From NCBI GenBank assembly GCA_965247555.1, contig CBDFHR010000009.1, positions 1,876,045 to 1,940,044 on the forward strand: a stretch of 64,000 bases of DNA, given 5' to 3'. How positions within the stretch are numbered: the first letter of the stretch is position 1; every line of letters starts with the position of its first letter. Below the pieces are notes generated by a model that saw only the letters and a list, made by a program, of their open reading frames with translations, did no database searches and was not told where the DNA came from. This DNA is from Dehalococcoidia bacterium. GTDB lineage: Bacteria; Chloroflexota; Dehalococcoidia; Lucifugimonadales; VXLM01. Of this stretch, positions 26,825 through 37,626 are shown piece after piece. A program made the position numbers and the translations under genes.

Positions 26825-27205
26825 ATGCTCGTTCTCATCGCAGTCCTCTTGGCCCTCATACCGGCCGCGGCCATTCTCTACCCCTTCGTATTCAGGAGAG
26901 GTATATCCACCGTCTTCCGGGATGAGACCTCCACCTACTCGGAGCTGACCCGCCGCTGGGAGGCGGCCATCGCCGGCCTCAAGAACACCGAGTTGGAGCA
27001 CGCCATCGGCAACCTGACGCAGGAGGACTACCACGACTTGCGTGAACAGTACATGCTTGAGGCCGCGAACATCATGAAGGCGATGGAGTTGGAGGATCAA
27101 CAGGAAGAGGAGCTTCTCGCCAACGTGGCAATGGAGGTCAGAGCAGTACGCGAACGGATTACCGACCCCTCACCTGAAGTCGATGAACGGACGGACGATG
27201 AATAG
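26825..27205 (+). CDS. Small single-pass membrane protein downstream of ccmF
   Basis: N-terminal TM helix (LVLIAVLLALIPAAAILYPFVF), then an acidic helical tail with GNLTQEDYHDLREQY. Confidence 0.55.
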   Translation: MLVLIAVLLALIPAAAILYPFVFRRGISTVFRDETSTYSELTRRWEAAIAGLKNTELEHAIGNLTQEDYHDLREQYMLEAANIMKAMELEDQQEEELLANVAMEVRAVRERITDPSPEVDERTDDE

Positions 27206-28397
27206 GGGCGGGTGGATAGGATTCGCGGTCTTGCTCGCAGCGGTCCTCTTCGCCACGGGGACACATCCGGTTGCCGCGCAAGAGGCAGTACAAGTCCGTG
27301 AAGTCACGGGCAAGATCATCAATGGCACGGCCAAGTCGCTTCCGCCATTCGGACTTACGGTTACACTCCACCGTCAAACGGCGAGCACCTACGAGGAATC
27401 GACTACCACCACTGATACCGAGGGCAACTTCCGCTTCGAGAACGTCCCCCTTGATCCCGAGGCCCTCTACGGAGTGACAATACGCTATCAAGGGGTCGTG
27501 TACGGGACCGACATCGACCTTCGCCCTGAGTCACCGACACCTGTCACGGTGACCATCTACGAGACTTCCGACGACCAGTCTCTCCTCTCCGTGTCGAGTT
27601 CCTCGCTGCTCATCCCCCAGGTCGACAAAATCGCCCGCGAAGTGTACGCCTTGGAGATCGTCAACGTGGTGAACGCGAGCGACCGGACCTACGTGCCCGG
27701 GGCCGAACCGATGAATCTCCTCCGGTTCGGGCTCCCGCCCGGAGCGAAGGGTCTCCAGATCGACACCTCCCTCGTCGGAGCCGACGCGATCCAGGTCGAT
27801 AGGGGATTCGCCGTCCCGGCCAACATCCCGCCCGGCGAGCACGAGGTCATGTTCGCCTACCACTTCGGCTACGACGGAGAGTCCGTCGCGTACGACAAGT
27901 CCTATCTGTACGGCGCGGAAAAGGTCAGGATCCTCGTTCCCTACGAGATCGGCGACCTGTCGAGCGCCGATTTCGGAGCGCCCGGCGACGTGCAGATCGG
28001 CGACAAGCACTACCAGCTCATCGAGGTAACCGACGTGGCCCGACAGTCCCGCGCCACATTGGAGATATCTTCGCTTCCTCAGGCAACCCTTTGGGACAGA
28101 GCGCAGGCCACGGCATCCGACGTTTCCTATGAATTGGTTGCCCCGGCGCTTCTCGGTCTGCTCATGGTGTCCCTCATCGCGATCGCGCTGGCGCGTCGAG
28201 GCATGTTGTTCGCCGGTGGGACTCCCAGTGCAGGTGTTCAGGAAGATAGCGCCAACCGTGCAGCCATCATAGCCCAGATCGCCGACCTCGAACGGGCCCT
28301 GGAACAGGGCAAACTCCGTGAGGCCGACTACTTCGCCAAGCGCCAGGCCCTACTCGACCGGCTTGCCGCCCCGACTGTTTCAACCTCTACGGAGTAG
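27183..28397 (+). CDS. Secreted, C-terminally anchored protein with carboxypeptidase-regulatory-like N-domain
   Basis: Signal peptide, then GKIINGT...TDTEGNFRFENVPLD (CarboxypepD_reg-like). A late TM helix is followed by a tail with GKLREADYFAKRQALLDRL. Confidence 0.6.
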   Translation: MNGRTMNRGGWIGFAVLLAAVLFATGTHPVAAQEAVQVREVTGKIINGTAKSLPPFGLTVTLHRQTASTYEESTTTTDTEGNFRFENVPLDPEALYGVTIRYQGVVYGTDIDLRPESPTPVTVTIYETSDDQSLLSVSSSSLLIPQVDKIAREVYALEIVNVVNASDRTYVPGAEPMNLLRFGLPPGAKGLQIDTSLVGADAIQVDRGFAVPANIPPGEHEVMFAYHFGYDGESVAYDKSYLYGAEKVRILVPYEIGDLSSADFGAPGDVQIGDKHYQLIEVTDVARQSRATLEISSLPQATLWDRAQATASDVSYELVAPALLGLLMVSLIAIALARRGMLFAGGTPSAGVQEDSANRAAIIAQIADLERALEQGKLREADYFAKRQALLDRLAAPTVSTSTE

Positions 28398-28423
28398 CGC
28401 GCAAGACAGAAACCTCACCCGTC

Positions 28424-28476
28424 ATTCCGGCGGAGGAACGTCACCCCGTACTCGATACGGGGCCGGAATCCAGGAA
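28424..28476. repeat. Composite REP-like element (G-arms enclosing Y-hairpin)
   Basis: GTCATTCCGGCGGAGGAACGTCACCCCGTACTCGATACGGGGCCGGAATCCAGG. The outer stem is ATTCCGGC/GCCGGAAT and the inner stem is CCCCGTA/TACGGGG. Confidence 0.8.
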
Positions 28477-28551
28477 GTTCGATCAGCGAGAATACAGTGG
28501 CATAAGGACGAATTGGTGTAGTGAGGCCGTCCGGTGGAATGTACCTCCGGA

Positions 28552-29130
28552 TCAGACCTCGTCCATTTCTAGGCGTTCCTCTGCACCGTACTCGGTTGAG
28601 AGCATACCCATCACCACCGAATCGAAGCGCGCGCCTTCATGTGGCCTGCTCTTGCGCAGCGTCCCCTCGTGCGTGAATCCCAGCCGCTCGAACATCCCTC
28701 TGGCCGCCGTGTTGTACTCGGGCACGTCCGCCCACACGCGAAACAGTCCCCACACCCTAAAGCACAGATCGAGCCCTGCCCTCATGGTCGCCGTGCCGTA
28801 CCCCTTGTGCCACATGTCCTTTCGGCCGATCAGAATCGAGATCTGACCGTCTCCAGACATCTCTTCGATAGCCACGTGAAACTCGCCGATATGCTGGTCG
28901 TCTTCCGTGTAGACCGACAGGATGTGATGAGTGGGGTCTTCGAAGATCGCGACCCACTCGGCCTCCCCAACGTCGGCGATCTCAGTCGGGTTGTAACCCA
29001 AATGAGTCGGATTGCCGTAGGAGTACCGCCCGAACCAGCTCTCCGCCACCTCATCGTCTTCGAGCCAGCTCTTCAGGCGAGCGACATCCTGCCTCGTCAC
29101 GAATCGCAGGGCAATGGACTGTTGACGCAT
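28552..29130 (-). CDS. GNAT-family N-acetyltransferase
   Basis: ..WHKGYGTATMRAGLD.. acetyl-CoA loop and ..NTAARGMFERLGFTHEG... ATG 29130 was chosen (GGGGGTGAG upstream). Confidence 0.85.
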   Translation of the reverse strand: MRQQSIALRFVTRQDVARLKSWLEDDEVAESWFGRYSYGNPTHLGYNPTEIADVGEAEWVAIFEDPTHHILSVYTEDDQHIGEFHVAIEEMSGDGQISILIGRKDMWHKGYGTATMRAGLDLCFRVWGLFRVWADVPEYNTAARGMFERLGFTHEGTLRKSRPHEGARFDSVVMGMLSTEYGAEERLEMDEV

Positions 29131-29262
29131 GATCTCACCCCCAGAGCAGGTATTATGCCACGCCAAAGGGATTGCGTGTTGCGTGCTGCCTTGTGCCTAT
29201 CCTAATTCGCCATAGCAATGCTGGAATCCTTCTGTCCACACCTACGCCAGTCATCCCCACCG

Positions 29263-29352
29263 TCATTCCCGCGAAGGAACGTCACCCCGTACTCGATACG
29301 GGGCGGGAATCCAGAAGCCTCCCTGCGATCTCAGCGCCCTCTGCGGTGAATA
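29263..29352. repeat. Composite REP-like element (G-arms + Y-hairpin + A-element)
   Basis: GTCATTCCCGCGAAGGAACGTCACCCCGTACTCGATACGGGGCGGGAATCCAG...GATCTCAGCGCCCTCTGCGGTGAAT. It has the same orientation as the 28424 copy. Confidence 0.8.
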
Positions 29353-29405
29353 GCCCCGCCCATCTCATTGCTCGTTGCGAGTAGCGTGGTCCCTCCCGTA
29401 CACAC

Positions 29406-30653
29406 TCAACCCTCTCGCGTTTCCTTGCCCCACACGCGAACGGTACCGTACACGCCGTCGTACCCCGGTTCTATACAAATATCTCCCCGCCGCACTCGGT
29501 CGATTCCCTCCGCAGTCCTCTCATCGGAAGCTGACTCGATCTCCGCAATCGGCGCATCCATGAGTACCGATAGTTCGGTTCCTAGGCTCTCGATCAGCCG
29601 CTCGTACACTCTGGCAACCGTTTTCGTCCTTACCCCGACGCCGAGACTCTCCGAAAGGATTTCGCGTAGGGGAACCATGGACTTGAATGGCGGACGACCA
29701 GTTTCCCCATGGACCAGTCCGTCATCGCCGATCCACGTATCCACCTTCCTGCCGCCCAGTTGCTCGACACGGTACGACACTCCCACCGTCATCCTGCGCC
29801 CGCACGATGGGCAGACATCTCCCTGCTCCCGCACTTCCTCCGGGCTCATCTTGATATGACAAGCGCGGTGCCCCGATTGGTGGTACTTACCCTCCTCCGG
29901 GTAGAACTCGACCGTGTATGCAATGTTCTGACGCCGCATCGCCCGGACGAGGCCGTCGTACGTCATCTCCCCATTCACCACGGTCAGCTCACGTCCCAGG
30001 TTAGGGGCAGAGTGAGCGTCCGAAAACGACATGATCGACACGTTGTCGAGCGAAGGCACCCTCCAGTTCATGGCGGGATCGCTCGACAGCCCCGTCTCGA
30101 TAGCCGGAATCTCGCCGGCGTCGCTGCCGAAGCACTCCTCCAGTGAGTCGTAGCCCGACTTCGAGCCGTACAGCCCGAACCAAGGCGTCCACAGATGGGC
30201 CGGAATCAGGAAGCACCTCTCGTCGATGCTCTTGATGAGCGCAAGTAGGTCGCGCGGGAGCAGGCCGAGCGCCGGTCGTCCGTCCCCGTCGAGCTTGCCG
30301 AATCGGCTGAGCGCGGCATTTATGCGCTCGACTGCCGCGAAATCCGGGGCAAAGACGAGCACGTGCACGCGGCGGCCCCGCCCGCCCTGCCTTCCGTGGC
30401 ACTCCACTTCGGTACCTAGAATGAACGACACTCCGCCGTACCCGAACAGCCCCGTGCCTGCGTCGTTGAGCTTGAGACGAGACTCCTCGAACCAGTCGGG
30501 GTGCGTGAAGTCGGCGCTGGCGAGAAGGTCTATGCCCTTGATCTTCGCGTACCGAGCGAGGCTGTCGAAATCAAGGTCCCGACTTGTGGCGTATGCGTAC
30601 CGCGAGTGGACGTGCAGGTCGGCGGCGTAGCTCATGGCAGGATTGTACCGCAC
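29406..30653 (-). CDS. Endonuclease Q-like PHP-domain protein with zinc ribbon
   Basis: ADLHVHSRYAYATS, IPAHLWTPW, FSDAHS..NLGRE, GKYH, CPSCGRRM and a C-terminal EPGYDGVYGTVRVW follow the order of motifs I recall for archaeal/bacterial EndoQ. Confidence 0.7.
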   Translation of the reverse strand: MRYNPAMSYAADLHVHSRYAYATSRDLDFDSLARYAKIKGIDLLASADFTHPDWFEESRLKLNDAGTGLFGYGGVSFILGTEVECHGRQGGRGRRVHVLVFAPDFAAVERINAALSRFGKLDGDGRPALGLLPRDLLALIKSIDERCFLIPAHLWTPWFGLYGSKSGYDSLEECFGSDAGEIPAIETGLSSDPAMNWRVPSLDNVSIMSFSDAHSAPNLGRELTVVNGEMTYDGLVRAMRRQNIAYTVEFYPEEGKYHQSGHRACHIKMSPEEVREQGDVCPSCGRRMTVGVSYRVEQLGGRKVDTWIGDDGLVHGETGRPPFKSMVPLREILSESLGVGVRTKTVARVYERLIESLGTELSVLMDAPIAEIESASDERTAEGIDRVRRGDICIEPGYDGVYGTVRVWGKETREG

Positions 30654-30713
30654 GCGACATCAAAGCCAGACAGCGCGAAGGGTGGGCACAGTGAAGGGGA
30701 CGTGTCTGAAGAC

Positions 30714-31376
30714 TTACCGCTCGTCGATGGATATCGTGCGGATTCGGTCGCCCGGTTCGCGCGCCGAACCGGGGTCGCGCGGACTGATCGCGAAGACGTG
30801 CTCCATACCCCCGACGACGCGCCCAAAGACCGGGTGGCACGACTCGCTCGAGCAGTCCTTGGCAGAGCCGTCCGGGTTCAGACCATCGAGTAAAGGCGTG
30901 GGAACGAAGGCGATGAAGAACTGGCTGCCGTTCGTGCCTCGACCGCCCTGAACCCCCGCATTGGCCATCGAGAGCACCCCGGGTCCATCGTGTCGCAGGT
31001 CGTGGTGGAACTCATTGTCGACACGATATCCGGGACCGCCTCGACCCGTTCCTGTCGGATCTCCCGTCTGGGCCATGAACCCCTCGATCACCCGGTGGAA
31101 GGTGACGCCGTCGTAGTAGCCCTGTCGGGCCAGGAAGACGAAGTTGTTCACCATCATCGGGGCCTTGTCGGCGAATAGCTCCACTTCAACCTTGCCGTCG
31201 TCCTTCTCCAACTCGATGGTTGCGGTGTATTGCTTGTCCGAGTCGATTTCCATCGTGGGCGGCGAGTCCCATTGCATATCAGGCTTTTCCTCACAGGCTG
31301 CCGAGGCCGCGACCAAGCAAAGCGCCGCCACTACCAAGAGCCGGCGGAGAATGATAGTCGAAAGGGTAGGGCACAC
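30714..31376 (-). CDS. Secreted cyclophilin-type peptidyl-prolyl cis-trans isomerase
   Basis: [32 protein letters not shown] and GSQFFI, with an N-terminal signal/lipobox (LVAASAAC). Confidence 0.92.
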   Translation of the reverse strand: MCPTLSTIILRRLLVVAALCLVAASAACEEKPDMQWDSPPTMEIDSDKQYTATIELEKDDGKVEVELFADKAPMMVNNFVFLARQGYYDGVTFHRVIEGFMAQTGDPTGTGRGGPGYRVDNEFHHDLRHDGPGVLSMANAGVQGGRGTNGSQFFIAFVPTPLLDGLNPDGSAKDCSSESCHPVFGRVVGGMEHVFAISPRDPGSAREPGDRIRTISIDER

Positions 31377-31443
31377 TGGTCGTACTTCGGCGTAGGATTA
31401 CTGAATTAAAACAAATCCGGCGGATGGAGTCTAGCGTCGCTAA

Positions 31444-31713
31444 CTAACGGTACACGCTGTCGCGTCTTCCAACTCTGAGTACCAGGATACGTAGAGCACT
31501 GTCTTGAATATCGCATATCACACGATGGTCGCCTACTCGATAGCGCCAGTATCCACTGAAGCGACCACCCTCCATCTTGCGCGCCTTGGAGCGCGGATTG
31601 CCCAAAGGCGCTATTCGCTGCTCCATGTAGTCCACAATCCGCTGAGCTGTATTTCTGTCGAGTTTTCGTAGCCGAACGCTCGCCATGCGAGAGTAATCAA
31701 TCGTCCAGGCCAA
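31444..31713 (-). CDS. relE: RelE/ParE-superfamily toxin
   Basis: The 89-aa sequence ..GYWRYRVGDHRVICDIQDSALRILVLRVGRRDSVY is the canonical RelE/StbE C-terminal pattern. Confidence 0.88.
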   Translation of the reverse strand: MAWTIDYSRMASVRLRKLDRNTAQRIVDYMEQRIAPLGNPRSKARKMEGGRFSGYWRYRVGDHRVICDIQDSALRILVLRVGRRDSVYR

Positions 31714-32509
31714 GCTCTTTCCTTACTTCGGCGGACGAATACACTCGTTCTTGACCGTCGCGGATTCGCCTGTCGACGTTCACCGCAATAGAGTAGTCCA
31801 GCACGTCCTCGACTGTCTCCGCCGTATCGCTTTCTACCGACGGATAGCGGGATGTACGGTCGAACGCCTCCGGCTTGTCCATCATCAGGTCGGCCAGCGC
31901 GGGGACGATGAAGGCCAGTATCTCTGTCCCGTCCTCAACCTGGCTCCGATTTACATACCGATTCCACGTCGCCTCGCCGCGAAATAGCTGATTGCGGACG
32001 ACGCACAGACGCTCGAACGCGGCAGCCAGCGGTTCGACCGCGTCCCCGTCCTCGAGCCGAACGCTCACCCGCCGCACGTCGCTGAACAGAAGTTCCTGCC
32101 ATTCGTCGTCGGAATCAGAAATCCCGTTGTAGTAGTCCCAGAACGGCTCGAATATGTAGGGGTTGGCAACGACTTCCAGGATCGTATCGGCGAGATCGCC
32201 CAAGACTTCGTCCCGGATCGTATTCATCGCGTCCGCAGCCGTCGCTTTCTCGAAGAATTTTCTGAAATTTGCCCTTTGAGCCCGCCCTTCGCGGGTCCAC
32301 TCCGCGTAGACGGCCTCGAACGCGATCCAATAGAACATGAACGCCGCGTCCGGGTCATCTTCTTCCTGCCGCGCCCGCTCCAGCCAACTCAAGACACGGA
32401 GCGCCCTCGTCCGCATGTCCGTCGAGAGCGTGTCTTCTATCGAGTCGTGTTTTGCCATGAGCGAATCGAGAGTGAAACGGTCGTCGGGGGAAAGGAGTAT
32501 GTCAACCAT
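31697..32509 (-). CDS. 270-aa protein in the antitoxin position of relE (helical N-domain + antitoxin-like tail)
   Basis: It overlaps relE by 17 nt. The C-terminal ~35 aa (DYSIAVNVDRRIRDGQERVYSSAEVRKELGLDD) resemble toxin-binding tails of RelB-type antitoxins. The N-domain is unassigned and contains VVRNQLFRG. Confidence 0.6.
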   Translation of the reverse strand: MVDILLSPDDRFTLDSLMAKHDSIEDTLSTDMRTRALRVLSWLERARQEEDDPDAAFMFYWIAFEAVYAEWTREGRAQRANFRKFFEKATAADAMNTIRDEVLGDLADTILEVVANPYIFEPFWDYYNGISDSDDEWQELLFSDVRRVSVRLEDGDAVEPLAAAFERLCVVRNQLFRGEATWNRYVNRSQVEDGTEILAFIVPALADLMMDKPEAFDRTSRYPSVESDTAETVEDVLDYSIAVNVDRRIRDGQERVYSSAEVRKELGLDD

Positions 32510-32646
32510 GAGCCATCGCTCCCTCAGTTATGTGTGATTGGACGGTCTTCCTACGACAGAACAGCATGCATCACCGTCATCAGATATCCATGATTCGTTC
32601 AGTGTGGTAACACGATCGAGAACCTCTGCTCTCAGCCGGAAGCCCT

Positions 32647-33077
32647 TCACTTCATACTCTTGAGTTCTTTCTTTATCATCTTTTCGATGCGCCTATCGTC
32701 ATCGCCTTTGAACATTCCTATCAGTCCGATCGTCGCCATGATGACTCCGGCGACCACCATGATCATTCCGCCGTACCGTATTATCCATAGCACGATCCAA
32801 AGATCGAGCAGGAAACTCATGAACACGCCCATGACGGCTACGACGATGCCAAGGAGAAGCAGCGCCAACCCCCCACCTTCTCCAATACGCCTCCGTAGAC
32901 CGCGGCTGCACCACCGACGACGGCGACGATTATTCCGACGGCTATGAGCAGGGTTGCTGCCAGGTCGAACAATAACGCAACGGACAGGCCAGCCACCGCA
33001 AGTACGATGCCGAAAATCATCATCCCGCCCATCGTTCCGACCTCCTGCGTGAAGTGCTTCAATCCCGTAATGTACAC
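32647..33077 (-). pseudogene. Small polytopic membrane protein split over two frames
   Basis: MGGMMIFGIVLAVAGLSVALLFDLAATLLIAVGIIVAVVGG.. (ORF 32838-33077) continues as ..LLLLGIVVAVMGVFMSFLLDLWIVLW..KKELKSMK (ORF 32647-) after a frame change near 32870. This is either a frameshift or a sequencing error. Confidence 0.45.
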
Positions 33078-33109
33078 GAACGCCCGCCAAATTTCTGGCG
33101 GGCGTTCGT
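33076..33109 (-). terminator. Strong hairpin just 3' of the tRNA (possible terminator)
   Basis: Perfect 14-bp stem ACGAACGCCCGCCA / TGGCGGGCGTTCGT with a 6-nt loop. There is no clear U-tract on the minus strand. Confidence 0.45.
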
Positions 33110-33118
33110 TATGCGTTC

Positions 33119-33193
<75 letters not shown>

Positions 33194-33234
33194 GCGTTAT
33201 TGTAACCGAATCCTGAATAAACGTGTCGTAATGT

Positions 33235-36235
<3,001 letters not shown>

Positions 36236-36463
36236 ACATTACGACTCGTTTATTTGGATAAAGCAAGTGCCTCTATCCTCATGCGCCCTCCCAATAGGGA
36301 GCCGCTTGAAGACAAGACATACTCGCAGGATTCGGTTGTTAAGGTGCTTTGCGCTCTCCGCCGACTGACGGCGCGCAGACTCTTGCGAAAGTTGTTCCTT
36401 CACCAGAGTCGAGAAACCATTCTACCGAACCTCCCACCCAGAGTCAATGCTTTAATTGATAAA

Positions 36464-36573
36464 GTAACTGTTCAGTCTCCGTGAGTTGCATTGCGAAGAC
36501 CCCCTCTCTGTGTCTCTCCCCCGGCGGGGGAGAGATTGTAGATTCTTCGTTGCTTCGCTCCTCAGAATGACAG
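36464..36573. repeat. P-element with 5' arm followed by a G-element half, inside the 23S leader
   Basis: GTAACTGTTCAGTCTCCGTGAGTTGCATTGCGAAGACCCCCTCTCTGTGTCTCTCCCCCGGCGGGGGAGAGATTG, then GATTCTTCGTTGCTTCGCTCCTCAGAATGACAG. It is bracketed by GTAACTGTTCAG (36464) / CTGAACAGTTAC (36606). Confidence 0.85.
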
Positions 36574-36626
36574 TAGGAGGACAATTCCTACATGTCTCAC
36601 CGACTCTGAACAGTTACTCGACAAAG

Positions 36627-36770
36627 AATCTGTATCAGTTTAGTCGGTCGGGTGGTTGAGTCGGAGCTAAGCTCACGCCCCGGGTCATGGACTCCCGCCA
36701 TAGCGGGAGTGACGAGTGGGATGTAAGACCATCCTCAAAAACTGACCGACCGAATAAACTGATACAGGTT
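36627..36770. repeat. 22-bp inverted repeat pair enclosing ~95 bp in the 23S leader
   Basis: CTGTATCAGTTTAGTCGGTCGG (36629-) pairs with CCGACCGAATAAACTGATACAG (-36767), with one mismatch. The interior holds the hairpin ACTCCCGC-CATA-GCGGGAGT. Confidence 0.7.
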
Positions 36771-37057
36771 CATTGATAAGTCGACCAGTCACCAAGGGCG
36801 TCTGTGTCCGGACAGGACGAGCATCCGGTCGAGCTCTCAAGAACCCCAATTGTCACTCCGCCCGGAGTGATCCGATAGTCGACCGCGACCGCGAAGCGCC
36901 GTATTGCCGTAGACTCCCAATTGGGCCCGCAGGTATAATATCCCCAATGTACTCGCGATACGTCAATGTGCCGTCGCCCCTTTCGTACATAGCCGACTTC
37001 CTTCTCAACCACCCACCTCTCGTGAACGCACTGTACTGTCTAACGAGGTCATAGCTC

Positions 37058-37615
37058 GTGGACAACGTTCGCAGGCTGTACGCGTCGCTCCTCTTTGCCG
37101 CCGGACTGGCGGTGGTCGTCGCCTCCTTCCCCGCTGACGTTCAGGCCAATGGGCGAGTCACAAACTTTCAGAAGAAGTTGGCCGGGCCCTACGAGGTAGG
37201 TCTCGGCACCATACCTCCCAGCCCCTCCGTCGGCAATCTGCACCTGGCCCTTACGGTCACCGACCCCGCCACAAAGTCTCCCGTCCTCGACGCGAAGGTC
37301 GAGCTTCAGGGAACCGGCCCCGACTCAACGAAGATCGAGATCGGCCCGACAGTCGCCACCAACAGCACGCTGGACCCAGCGTACTACGAGGTGAACACCT
37401 CCGTCGGGCGCGAGGGCATGTGGCTGTTCACGACGACAATCACCGACGCCGACGGCGAGCATTCGGCGGACTTTCAGGTGGAGGTCAAGAATTCCAGCCC
37501 GATTACCGGCATACTGACGCTGGTCGTGCTCGTTGCCTTCCTTATTATCTTCGGGCTTTCCATCCGCGCGTCACTCGGCGGAAAACGCAGGCGACGAAAG
37601 AAGCGGGCCGCCTGA
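37058..37615 (+). CDS. Secreted, C-terminally anchored protein (YtkA/FixH-like) of the copper cluster
   Basis: Signal peptide, Ig-like body, C-terminal TM helix and an RRRRKKR stop-transfer. It sits immediately upstream of copCD. Confidence 0.5.
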   Translation: MDNVRRLYASLLFAAGLAVVVASFPADVQANGRVTNFQKKLAGPYEVGLGTIPPSPSVGNLHLALTVTDPATKSPVLDAKVELQGTGPDSTKIEIGPTVATNSTLDPAYYEVNTSVGREGMWLFTTTITDADGEHSADFQVEVKNSSPITGILTLVVLVAFLIIFGLSIRASLGGKRRRRKKRAA

Positions 37616-37626
37616 TAGGGATTTCG

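Noticed and set aside
33194-33234. Expected 5S rRNA between the 23S gene and the tRNA, or elsewhere. One candidate is GAGTTCGGAATGCC near 5410.
   Set aside because: The 23S-tRNA spacer is only ~41 nt. The 5410 match does not extend to the rest of the 5S consensus (..CCCATGCCGAACTCAGAAGTGAAAC..), so no 5S gene is called.
36770-37065. ORFs 36770-37012(-), 36773-37054(+) and 36853-37065(-) between the 23S leader and the copper cluster.
   Set aside because: They are mutually overlapping on both strands, have no motifs, and partly overlap repeat and inverted-repeat sequence. They are treated as non-coding.
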